Of a stretch of 64,000 nucleotides of DNA, positions 49,988 through 58,335 are shown in pieces. This stretch comes from Patescibacteria group bacterium. Its GTDB lineage: Bacteria > Patescibacteriota > Microgenomatia > UBA10105 > UBA927. Position numbers and translations under genes: made by a program. The stretch lies in NCBI GenBank assembly GCA_038062895.1, contig JBBTWJ010000005.1, positions 67,715-131,714 on the forward strand. Direction: 5' to 3'. The first letter of the stretch is position 1. Each line of letters starts with the position of its first letter. The notes beneath the pieces were generated by a model, which did not search any database, was not told the DNA's origin, and saw only the letters and a program-made list of their open reading frames with translations.

Positions 49988-50170
49988 ATGACCCTCAAAG
50001 AACGCTTCTACAAGGTCTATAATAATTTACCACTCAATCTGCGGGAAGAAGTGATAGTGGTTTTGAGTAACGAGCCGATTACCTGGAAAGTGGCAAAGCT
50101 GGAAGTTGATCAGGATACAGAGCTTTCTCGTATCATTTTGGAAAAACTTGATGGGCTTGGCATGCTATGA
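49988..50170 (+). CDS. Small hypothetical protein (60 aa), cassette gene 1
   Basis: MTLKERFYKVYNNLPLNLREEV...; TACAAT -10 just upstream; overlaps next gene. Confidence 0.75.
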   Translation: MTLKERFYKVYNNLPLNLREEVIVVLSNEPITWKVAKLEVDQDTELSRIILEKLDGLGML

Positions 50171-50403
50171 GAGATATGTATAACAAAAAGAAAGTGACAG
50201 ACGAGGAAATCCGTCAATTGGTCGTTGCCCGGCTCCGGTCGTTTCCTTCGGGCAAGAAGATATCCATCGGTTCCGACGGGGAATTTTCCAAAGAGGAGCT
50301 TATCGATCGCGTGAGTAAAAACGATCCGGTGGGAAATAAGATAATTCAGATACAGCTTTCCTACCTCCAATCGTTCAAAGAAGGCCTTATTTTTGAAGAA
50401 TAA
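50167..50403 (+). CDS. Small hypothetical protein (78 aa), cassette gene 2
   Basis: EEIRQLVVARL...KISIG...; overlaps both neighbours. Confidence 0.75.
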   Translation: MRDMYNKKKVTDEEIRQLVVARLRSFPSGKKISIGSDGEFSKEELIDRVSKNDPVGNKIIQIQLSYLQSFKEGLIFEE

Positions 50404-51049
50404 GTCCATGGTTATCACCCGTCCCAACCACGACATCACCACCAACTACCTCTCTTTTTGGAGTCAATTGGTTATTGATTACGCCGACAAACGGTCCTTG
50501 CGGGTCATAGATCTATGTGGGTCGCGAGCGACGCGAAAAGAATTCGAAAGCGTTTTGCGCAAGCGCGGTGGCCAGGCGTTTATATTTCTTAACGGCCACG
50601 GCAGCGCAGAGAAGGTTGCAGGGCAAAACGATGAAGTGCTTGTGGAGGTCAGAGGAAACGATGATGTATTTTTCGGTACTGTCGTGTATGCCAGATCCTG
50701 TAGTTCTGCGGCAGCACTCGGGCCAAAGAGCGTGGCAAAGGGAGCGATTGCCTACCTTGGGTACACAGACGATTTTGTATTTTTTATTGAAGACGAATGC
50801 ATGACCCGGCCACTTAAAGACAAAACTGCGCGATTGTTTCTCGAACCATCGAACCAGGTGGCAATTGCGATACTTAAAGGACATTCTGTGGGTGAGGCGA
50901 ATGACCTATCGAAAAACATGACAAAACACACCATACAGACTCTTATGACGAGTGAAACTCCGAAAGAGGAGAAAGAACTGATTCCTTATTTACGCTGGAA
51001 CGTCATCCATCAGGTGTGCCTTGGAGACCAGGGTGCCCGTCTGACGTAG
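50393..51049 (+). CDS. Putative clan CD (caspase/gingipain/CHAT-fold) cysteine protease, cassette gene 3
   Basis: Strand-HG (FIFLNGHG) and strand-SC (VVYARSC) about 30 aa apart, then AYLGY. Confidence 0.6.
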   Translation: MKNKSMVITRPNHDITTNYLSFWSQLVIDYADKRSLRVIDLCGSRATRKEFESVLRKRGGQAFIFLNGHGSAEKVAGQNDEVLVEVRGNDDVFFGTVVYARSCSSAAALGPKSVAKGAIAYLGYTDDFVFFIEDECMTRPLKDKTARLFLEPSNQVAIAILKGHSVGEANDLSKNMTKHTIQTLMTSETPKEEKELIPYLRWNVIHQVCLGDQGARLT

Positions 51050-51352
51050 AAGAACGGCTCGTGGGACAGGGAATTTTTGTCGCCGGCTCTTTCCTCCTCC
51101 AGCGGGATCTCGAGAGCATCACCCAAAACGATACAACGGCGGCCGAACTTTTTCTCTACAACCCCCGCCTCCTCATCGCCATGCCCGACTCTCCTTCGAC
51201 TCTCTCGTCGATAAGAGCGCGATCGCTCAGGACCATGGCCCCTCGATTTCGCTCGGGACTTCGCATGCGGGATGTGCCGATCACGTGGCCCGCCTTCGTC
51301 CCTCGACTAGGCTCGGGACTACGGACGGGTGAAAGAAGAAGTGGCACCATAG
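51050..51352 (+). pseudogene. Third, longer orphan 3' tail of the ITWEEVAP protein family
   Basis: ERLVGQGIFVAGSFLLQRDL...ELFLYNPRLLIAMPDS[insert]MRDVPITW[insert]EEVAP*. Confidence 0.85.
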
Positions 51353-51568
51353 GGGCAAATACTACTCCCCGCGGAGCGGGATCCACGATGCTGTATTTCC
51401 GATAAAAACCGGAAACAGCATCGGGACAATTCTATTAATCATCAAATACTACCAATAAAATACGGAAAGAAATTACTAGCGGGAGAGCCAGTAACGAAAT
51501 GAAATATCTGGGGCAATGACAGACAGGAATTTGACGGCGGAACGGAGTGTGACATATACTTACCCGTA

Positions 51569-51823
51569 ATGAAGCAAGACGTACGCATCACCACAGATCC
51601 GATGGTTTGCCACGGGAAGCCGGTGATCGCCGGAACGCGGGTGATGGTGTGGCAAATCCTTGAGTCTCTTGAATCCGGTTTGACGGCAGGTGATGTGCAG
51701 AAAGCGCATCCAACGCTTCCAAAGGGATCGGTGGAAGCGGCACTCCACTATGCTGCAGAACGGGTCAAATCCATAGAATATGTCCCCTTTGCGCCGCACC
51801 AACAGCCCTACGTTTTTGCTTGA
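51569..51823 (+). CDS. DUF433 family antitoxin
   Basis: DPMVCHGKPVIAGTRV...AALHY. Confidence 0.88.
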   Translation: MKQDVRITTDPMVCHGKPVIAGTRVMVWQILESLESGLTAGDVQKAHPTLPKGSVEAALHYAAERVKSIEYVPFAPHQQPYVFA

Positions 51824-51914
51824 TGAAAACGTGAATGTACTACACGATCTTCGTGGCGAGATACAGAACCGATGTATTGTATTAGGTGAGCGAGGATATA
51901 CTATCGTTTCATAA
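51780..51914 (+). pseudogene. Internally deleted DUF5615 PIN-like toxin, 44 aa
   Basis: MSPLRRTNSPTFLLDENV fused to a C-terminal-like LRGEIQNRCIVL; overlaps DUF433 gene. Confidence 0.65.
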
Positions 51915-52567
51915 TGGAAAACAAGTACGTGCATATTCATATCCTGCGCTCCTCAGGGAGATTTGAGCCGTATTTTAAAATTCTTGAACGAACAATACAA
52001 CGCGCTGTTGAGAAAACAGCGGACTATATTTCTCTCCATCCAATTGATATTGTGGTGTATGACGATTCGCGCCAGGTGATTCCGGGGTTTGGGCATGGGG
52101 GGCGAACCAACAATCCGCATACAATGTGCGTATTTCTTGATCCGGCTTTTCCTGATTTTGAACATACCATCAAAAAAGAAATTCCAAAAACCATTAGTCA
52201 TGAGCTTCACCATGCGGTGCGATGGAAGGCTGTGGGATATGGGATGACACTCCTGGAAAGATTAGTGAGTGAAGGACTCGCAATATGTTTTGAACAGGAT
52301 GTATGGGGAGGAACGCTTTCTCCCTGGGCTACTGCACTGAGTGGTAAATCCTTGGCGGATATACATGAAAAGGCAAAATCGGAATATACCAGTACAACAT
52401 TTCATCATGGCCGTTGGTTTTATGGCACGGGTGATCTCCCTCGCTGGGCGGGATATTCCCTTGGTTATCAGCTTGTCGGCGAGTACCTGAGGGAGCATGC
52501 TGATAAAAACGCAGCAATGCTAGTTAGCACGCCTTTGCAGTCAATGATTGCAAGTGGATTAAGATAA
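51914..52567 (+). CDS. DUF2268-like Zn-dependent protease
   Basis: HELHH, LVSEGLA, LPRWAGYSLGY. Confidence 0.8.
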   Translation: MENKYVHIHILRSSGRFEPYFKILERTIQRAVEKTADYISLHPIDIVVYDDSRQVIPGFGHGGRTNNPHTMCVFLDPAFPDFEHTIKKEIPKTISHELHHAVRWKAVGYGMTLLERLVSEGLAICFEQDVWGGTLSPWATALSGKSLADIHEKAKSEYTSTTFHHGRWFYGTGDLPRWAGYSLGYQLVGEYLREHADKNAAMLVSTPLQSMIASGLR

Positions 52568-52663
52568 TTTAGGAAACGTCAATAGAAATTTTTCTGCCGG
52601 AATTTTTGCAGGGTGGGGATGACCCTTGTTCCGGAGCTCCTTTTCCCGTATACTTAAAGAGTT

Positions 52664-52801
52664 ATGCCAAAGAGAGTCTATCAGCCGAAGAAGAAAAAGA
52701 GAGCGCGAAAGCACGGATTCCGGAGTCGGATGGCAACGCGTGTCGGACGCAAAGTGCTCAAGAGACGAAGATTGACGGGTAGAAAAAAGTTAACCGTTTA
52801 A
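52664..52801 (+). CDS. rpmH: 50S ribosomal protein L34 (not in ORF track)
   Basis: [45 protein letters not shown]. Confidence 0.97.
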   Translation: MPKRVYQPKKKKRARKHGFRSRMATRVGRKVLKRRRLTGRKKLTV

Positions 52802-52806
52802 AACAT

Positions 52807-53055
52807 ATGAACATTCATCATTTCACTGTCGTCTTTCAGAAAGAACCGGAGGGGGGCTATACCGCTATCGTTCCGGCGCTTCCCGGATGCGTGACATGGG
52901 GAGAGACAGTGGAAGTGGCTAAGACAGCAGCTCGGGAGGCTATCGAATCGTATCTCGGAAGTCTTGCAAAAGACAACGAAGATACCCCAAGTGATATAAG
53001 CTTTGTGTCAACCATTGATGTTTCTTCGTCTCTCATCCCCCACGCATATGCCTAA
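52807..53055 (+). CDS. hicB: HicB family antitoxin
   Basis: EGGYTAIVPALPGCVTWGETVE...EAI. Confidence 0.9.
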   Translation: MNIHHFTVVFQKEPEGGYTAIVPALPGCVTWGETVEVAKTAAREAIESYLGSLAKDNEDTPSDISFVSTIDVSSSLIPHAYA

Positions 53056-53269
53056 ATTGCCGGCCATCCGGCCGCGGGAGCTCGTCGCGAAACTGAAAAA
53101 ACTGGGATTTATCGAGCATCATCAGGTAGGAAGTCACCTTACTATGAAAAACCCAATCACAGGAAGCCGCGCAGTAGTTCCCATGCATCTCAAAGATGTG
53201 AAAAAGGGAACATTAAGCGCATTGCTGCGGGAAGCGCGCGTTGAAAGAGATGAATTTTTGGGCGCTTGA
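53048..53269 (+). CDS. hicA: HicA family toxin
   Basis: LGF...GSH...VVPMH...KGTL. Confidence 0.9.
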   Translation: MPKLPAIRPRELVAKLKKLGFIEHHQVGSHLTMKNPITGSRAVVPMHLKDVKKGTLSALLREARVERDEFLGA

Positions 53270-53275
53270 ATACCT

Positions 53276-53689
53276 ATGCTACCACGCAAGAATCGACTCC
53301 CCTCCCCTGAAATCAAATCCATTATGCGCGCCGGGTGGAGGACGAATGGCGATGGGGTCTCCCTTATATATAGGAAGCGTATTGATTCCGGGAATCCTCC
53401 GGATTCCCGGAATCTGAAGTTCAGCCGGTTTGCGTTCGTCGTTCCAGTAAGTGTCGATAAACGCGCGGTGGGGAGAAACCGCTTGAAACGGCTAGCCCGC
53501 GAATCGGTGCGCTTGGCTCTCTCCCATCTCGCGCCCGGATGGGATGGAATTTTTATGGTGCGGAAGGGATTGGGTGAGGAGTTTGGTGTGGTGGATGGGA
53601 AAGTGCGGGAGCTTCTTGGTCGGGCGGGAATGCTTAACGAATCAATAATGACACAGAATAAGACTGGATCCCCGCCTTCGCGGGGATGA
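53276..53689 (+). CDS. rnpA: Ribonuclease P protein component
   Basis: MLPRKNRL, RFAFVV, AVGRNRLKR..RE. Confidence 0.92.
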   Translation: MLPRKNRLPSPEIKSIMRAGWRTNGDGVSLIYRKRIDSGNPPDSRNLKFSRFAFVVPVSVDKRAVGRNRLKRLARESVRLALSHLAPGWDGIFMVRKGLGEEFGVVDGKVRELLGRAGMLNESIMTQNKTGSPPSRG

Positions 53690-53699
53690 CACACTAAAG

Positions 53700-53969
53700 A
53701 TGAAAACAATACTTCTTTACGCCATCCGTTTCTACCAGCGGTATCTGTCGTTTGATACGGGGATCCTCAAATTTCTCTTTTTGGCCCATTCGACTCGTTT
53801 CACTCGCTCAGGGCATGTTGAGAAAATCTGTCGATTTTCTCCAACATGTAGCGAGTACATGTATCAGGCTGTCGATCGCTATGGTATAATCCATGGGTTG
53901 TGGCTCGGGGTCAAGCGGATAGTACGATGTCACCCATGGAGCGCGGGGGGAAGCGATCCTGTAAAATAA
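53700..53969 (+). CDS. yidD: Membrane protein insertion efficiency factor YidD
   Basis: IRFYQ, CRFSPTCSEY, RCHPWSAGGSDP. Confidence 0.93.
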   Translation: MKTILLYAIRFYQRYLSFDTGILKFLFLAHSTRFTRSGHVEKICRFSPTCSEYMYQAVDRYGIIHGLWLGVKRIVRCHPWSAGGSDPVK

Positions 53970-54072
53970 AATTATCCAATTCTCAAATTATCCAATAGTC
54001 AAATAATCCAATAGAACGCAAAAATATTTATTGGATAATTGGATAATTAGTTGATTGGATAATTGGATAATT
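53970..54072. repeat. 8-mer tandem repeats (AATTATCC) with inverted arm (GGATAATT)
   Basis: aattatcc aattctca aattatcc... / ttggataa ttggataa... Confidence 0.8.
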
Positions 54073-54075
54073 GTT

Positions 54076-54915
54076 ATGACTAATCCGAATCTTTGGAACC
54101 AATTGTTGATTTGGCCCATAGTAAATGTACTTGTGGCATTGTATAAATTCTTTGAATGGCTCCATGTGCCGGGCCCTCTGGGATTTGCCATCATTGGGTT
54201 GACCATTGCCATCCGCCTCCTCCTTTATCCCCTCATGCAAGCGCAGCTCAAAAGCGCCAAAAAGATGTCAAACCTCAAGCCGCACCTTGACGCCCTCAAC
54301 GCCAAACACAAAGACGATAAGAAAAAATTACAACAAGCACAATTGGATCTCTACAAAGAGCACGGCGTCAATCCCGCGGCCGGGTGTCTCCCCCTCCTTA
54401 TCCAGATGCCGGTCTTGATCGCACTCTATAATGTTTTTTATCAGGTATTGGGAAACGGGAATCTCACCACCCTCATGACGGAAATCAATGCGATCCTGTA
54501 CACACCGTTTATCAAATTGACGCAGCTTGACCTTACATTTTTCGGCGTCAATCTGGGGCTTAAGCCGGAGGCATGGGCTACGCAGGGATGGTGGTTGCTT
54601 TCAATCCCCATCATCACCGGCCTCTTACAGTTTTGGCAGAGCAAGTTGATGCTGCCGGTAAGTCAGCCTTCAGCTGTCAGCTCTCAGCCGTCAGCTAAAA
54701 ATAAATTGAAAACAGGTAATGAAAAAACGGAAGAGAAGAAGGAGGATACGATGGGAGATATGCAGAAGCAGATGGCCATGATCACGCCTATCATGTTTGG
54801 GTTTTTTGCTTTCCAGTTTCCCTTGGGTTTATCGCTCTACTGGAACGTATTCGGACTTTTTGGTATTATGCAACAACTCGCGGTAAACCGCGAAGCGGCA
54901 AATCCTAAATCCTAA
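54076..54915 (+). CDS. yidC: Membrane protein insertase YidC
   Basis: IRLLLYPL, GVNPAAGCLPLLIQMP, GLSLYW. Confidence 0.95.
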   Translation: MTNPNLWNQLLIWPIVNVLVALYKFFEWLHVPGPLGFAIIGLTIAIRLLLYPLMQAQLKSAKKMSNLKPHLDALNAKHKDDKKKLQQAQLDLYKEHGVNPAAGCLPLLIQMPVLIALYNVFYQVLGNGNLTTLMTEINAILYTPFIKLTQLDLTFFGVNLGLKPEAWATQGWWLLSIPIITGLLQFWQSKLMLPVSQPSAVSSQPSAKNKLKTGNEKTEEKKEDTMGDMQKQMAMITPIMFGFFAFQFPLGLSLYWNVFGLFGIMQQLAVNREAANPKS

Positions 54916-54983
54916 GCACAAAATCCTAAACAATTTCAAAATTCAAATATTTAAAGCTCAAAACTGTTTAGAATTTGATGTAT

Positions 54984-55433
54984 ATGGAACCTATTGATCA
55001 AGTCAAACAAATTACGGAAGATTTACTGAAACGACTCGAAGTGGTCGGGACGGTGGCCGTGGACTTGGATGAAACCGGCGCGTACCAAGTGCAGATCGAC
55101 ACAGAAGAAACCGGACTCCTCATCGGCTTTCATGGACGGACACTCGAAAGCTTTCAGATACTTCTTTCTATCATCGTTTCCAAAAAACTTGAATCCTGGG
55201 TGAAGGTGTACGTAAACGTGGGCGACTATCGGCAGAAACGGGAAGAGACGCTTATGCATATGGCCCAACGGGCTGCCGAGCGGGCGTTAGCTTTTGGCAA
55301 ACCGGTTGAGCTTGCCAACCTCTCCGCCTCCGAACGGCGCGTGATCCATATGACGTTGGGCGGCGATGAGCGGATTGCGACGGAATCCGTAGGGGAAGGA
55401 ATGAATAGGACGCTTATAGTAAAGCCACGATGA
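54984..55433 (+). CDS. jag: Jag/EloR KH-R3H RNA-binding protein
   Basis: LLIGFHGRTLES, DYR, ERRVIH, ESVGEG. Confidence 0.9.
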   Translation: MEPIDQVKQITEDLLKRLEVVGTVAVDLDETGAYQVQIDTEETGLLIGFHGRTLESFQILLSIIVSKKLESWVKVYVNVGDYRQKREETLMHMAQRAAERALAFGKPVELANLSASERRVIHMTLGGDERIATESVGEGMNRTLIVKPR

Positions 55434-55562
55434 AATCCTAAATCCTAATTTCTAAATCCTAAACAATATCAAAATCCAAAATACTAATGTTCCAAACGTT
55501 TTGAATTTGAAATTTAAGACATTTGAATTTGTTTAGAATTTAGGATTTAGTGCTTGGTGCTT
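55433..55562. repeat. 7-mer tandem repeats (AAATCCT) with inverted arm; related copies at 54900-54975 and 59326-59390
   Basis: aaatcct aaatcct aatttct aaatcct ... tttagaa tttagga tttagtg. Confidence 0.8.
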
Positions 55563-55568
55563 ACGAAT

Positions 55569-56132
55569 ATGCATGTTGGTATCTTCGGCGGAGTCTTTAA
55601 CCCCCCACATCTCGGGCACCTCATGATCGCCCAGCAGATCCTGGACTTTACAGATATAGAGGAAGTTTGGTTTCTGCCCAATTACGGACAGCACCCTCCC
55701 AAACCCCACGTGGCTCCTGTTGTGGATCGCTTGGCGATGACGAAATTCCTTGAAAGGCCGAAGATGAAATTGTCTACTCTAGAGGTTGATCATAAACTCG
55801 ACGGGAACACCATCAATCTCCTCCCCCATCTTCCGTCCAACAACACCTACACATTTATCATGGGTGCGGATTGGCTGCCGGGATTTACCACGAAGTGGGG
55901 GCACTGGGAAGAACTTCTCAATCGGATTCCGTTTCTTATATTCCCCCGTAGTGGCTATGCCAATGCGCCAATGCAAAAAAATATGACCCTCCTCACTCAC
56001 GAGTCGTTGGTGATTTCAAATCTATCGTCAACAAAAATTCGTGAACGGCTGCGGCAAGGACTATCCATCGATGCATTTGTCCCACAGGCAGTTTCTACAT
56101 ATACAAAGAAGCATGGGTTGTATAAAAGTTGA
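55569..56132 (+). CDS. nadD: Nicotinate-nucleotide adenylyltransferase
   Basis: GGVFNPPHLGH, FIMGAD, SSTKIR. Confidence 0.92.
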   Translation: MHVGIFGGVFNPPHLGHLMIAQQILDFTDIEEVWFLPNYGQHPPKPHVAPVVDRLAMTKFLERPKMKLSTLEVDHKLDGNTINLLPHLPSNNTYTFIMGADWLPGFTTKWGHWEELLNRIPFLIFPRSGYANAPMQKNMTLLTHESLVISNLSSTKIRERLRQGLSIDAFVPQAVSTYTKKHGLYKS

Positions 56133-56157
56133 CATATAAATAAAAGCTTTTTATACT
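56129..56157 (+). promoter_or_regulatory. Near-consensus sigma70 promoter of DUF433 TA pair
   Basis: TTGACA-17 nt-TATACT, 9 nt before ATG. Confidence 0.8.
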
Positions 56158-56166
56158 GCGTTAAGT

Positions 56167-56379
56167 ATGCCTAAGATTATTGAATCAAATCCTCAAGTAT
56201 TAGGAGGTAAACCGGTTATCAAAGGAACACGCATTCCCGTCGCACGGATTCTCGCGTTACTTGGCATGGATTATACACTCACGGACATACGGAACGAGTT
56301 TCCCCAACTATCTCTACTCACGAAAGAAAATCTTTCTGATATTCTTACCTATTACCAGTCAAAACTTCAGTATAGATAA
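56167..56379 (+). CDS. DUF433 family antitoxin
   Basis: NPQVLGGKPVIKGTRIPV. Confidence 0.88.
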   Translation: MPKIIESNPQVLGGKPVIKGTRIPVARILALLGMDYTLTDIRNEFPQLSLLTKENLSDILTYYQSKLQYR

Positions 56380-56420
56380 CTATAAAACTTTTCAAAACAA
56401 GAAAAAATAAGAAATTTCGT

Positions 56421-56738
56421 TTGCTTCTCGACGCTGCCTTTGCAAGACCACGTACTTTTGCTCGACTGTCTAAGAAGGCAAATGTCACACATGTCGTTTT
56501 TGATTATAATCTTCCACCTCAGTGTTCTGATGAAGAAATCTATCAGTTGGCTGTGAAGGAAGATAGATTTGTCGTTACCATCAATTACCAGGACTTCAGG
56601 AAGCTTGTCAAAAAGGGAAAGCCGGGAATTATATCGATACCCTCCGAGCTTTCTAATCAAGAAATAGATCAATTGTTATGTCGTTTCCTATTGATGAAAA
56701 ATCCTGGTGATTATGTGGGGTCTGCAATAAAAGTATGA
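56421..56738 (+). CDS. DUF5615 PIN-like toxin (start may lie up to 45 nt upstream)
   Basis: LLD, SDEEIY..A..EDRFVVT...DF, PGII. Confidence 0.75.
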   Translation: MLLDAAFARPRTFARLSKKANVTHVVFDYNLPPQCSDEEIYQLAVKEDRFVVTINYQDFRKLVKKGKPGIISIPSELSNQEIDQLLCRFLLMKNPGDYVGSAIKV

Positions 56739-57799
56739 TGTATTGGGACAAGACTACTATTGAGCGGATCCGAAGAGGATATTATACTGCCGCCTACTTC
56801 AACCGGACCAAATATATTCTCGAGCAGGAACACGATGAGACGATCGTGACGATGCAGATATTTCAACGGAACGAAAACAGTGTTTTGTGTGGCGTGGATG
56901 AAATGGTTGAACTTCTTCGCATCGGAACGGGAACGTGGCGTGGCAATCGATGGATGGGAAAACGACAAACACTGAAAGTGACCGCGCTCTCCGACGGGGA
57001 TATAGTCCAGAGTAAAGAGCCGGTGATGCACATTACTGGTCCGTATGTATATTTCGCTCACCTCGAGTCGTTGTATCTCGGAATTTTTGCACGGCGAACG
57101 ATGGTGGCGACGAACACGCGCCGGGTGGTAGAAGCGGCAAAGGGAAAACCCGTTTTTTTCTTTGCCGATCGATTTGATGATTTTAGCAATCAGGAAGGCG
57201 ATGGGTATGCGGCGCGCATAGGCGGCGCTGCGGGTGTGTGTACCCAGGCTCATGCCTCGCGATGGAACGGAATCCCGGTCGGCACCATTCCCCATGCACT
57301 TATTGCCGTTGGCGGCGGCGATACGACAAAGGCGACGCAACGGTTTGCCAACCACATAAAAGACGTGAACGTGGTAGCCCTTGTCGACTTTGATAATGAT
57401 TGCGTGGGAACAGCGCTTGCGGTCGCGCGGGCTCTCGGAAAAAAATTATGGGGAGTACGTATAGATACGGCAGAGAATATAACGGATGTTTCCGCGTCTT
57501 CTCCTGGTGTCAATCCAACGCTTGTCATGCGTGTCCGCCAGACGCTTAACGACGCGGGGTTTACTCATGTTAAAATACTCGTGTCCGGCGGATTTACTGA
57601 AAAAAAGGTACGGATGTTTGAAAGAGAAAAGACACCGGTCGATGGGTACGGCGTGGGTTCAGCACTCGTCCATGGGAGCAATGACTTTACCGCTGACGTG
57701 GTGAAAGTGAATGGGAAGCAGCAGGCTAAGGCTGGAAGAATGTACATGGCAAACAGACGAATGAAAGGAATAAAAAACTTTTTAAAGGAGGAAGTATGA
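56735..57799 (+). CDS. pncB: Nicotinate phosphoribosyltransferase (QPRTase-like type)
   Basis: GTIPHALI, LVDFDND, GVRIDT, VSGGF, GVGS; context with pncA/nadD/nadE. Confidence 0.85.
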   Translation: MMYWDKTTIERIRRGYYTAAYFNRTKYILEQEHDETIVTMQIFQRNENSVLCGVDEMVELLRIGTGTWRGNRWMGKRQTLKVTALSDGDIVQSKEPVMHITGPYVYFAHLESLYLGIFARRTMVATNTRRVVEAAKGKPVFFFADRFDDFSNQEGDGYAARIGGAAGVCTQAHASRWNGIPVGTIPHALIAVGGGDTTKATQRFANHIKDVNVVALVDFDNDCVGTALAVARALGKKLWGVRIDTAENITDVSASSPGVNPTLVMRVRQTLNDAGFTHVKILVSGGFTEKKVRMFEREKTPVDGYGVGSALVHGSNDFTADVVKVNGKQQAKAGRMYMANRRMKGIKNFLKEEV

Positions 57800-58335
57800 A
57801 GAAAGGAAAATATGCAGCGATCGTCATCGATATGCTGGAAGATTTTGTTTATGGAGCACTGAAAAATGATCGGGCGAAACGAATCATTCCCAATATCGAG
57901 AAACTTCTCGCAGACGCAAGAAAGAAGGGTTGGCTCGTAGTATATGCCAACGACGCACATTTGTCGGGAGATCCTGAAGAAAGAGTGTGGGGCGCTCACG
58001 CGCTTGCCGGGAGTCCCGGCGCTCAAATAATAGAAGCATTAGCTTCTAAAAAGGGAGACATAGTGCTTGGGAAGCGAACCTATAGCGCGTTTCATGAAAC
58101 AGGGCTTGATTTACTCCTTCGGCAACACGATATCAAAACAGTGATACTTGTTGGGCAACATACGCATATTTGCGTAAGGCATACAAGCGCTGATGCGTTT
58201 GCAAATAATTATTCGATTGTCGTTCCGGATGATTGCGTTGAGTCCTTTAGCGATGAGGATCATCATGGGGGTCTGGCTTATCTGAAAATGTGCTACGGAG
58301 CCACGATCACATCTGTGAAGAAACTTTTGAAGTAA
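57796..58335 (+). CDS. pncA: Isochorismatase-family cysteine hydrolase, likely nicotinamidase
   Basis: IVIDM..DF, DAH, KRTYSAF, ICVRHT..DA. Confidence 0.8.
   Translation: MKKGKYAAIVIDMLEDFVYGALKNDRAKRIIPNIEKLLADARKKGWLVVYANDAHLSGDPEERVWGAHALAGSPGAQIIEALASKKGDIVLGKRTYSAFHETGLDLLLRQHDIKTVILVGQHTHICVRHTSADAFANNYSIVVPDDCVESFSDEDHHGGLAYLKMCYGATITSVKKLLK

Noticed and set aside
49478-51352. Diversity-generating retroelement VR/TR pair
   Set aside because: Differences are mostly synonymous third-position changes, not adenine-specific; no reverse transcriptase in the window
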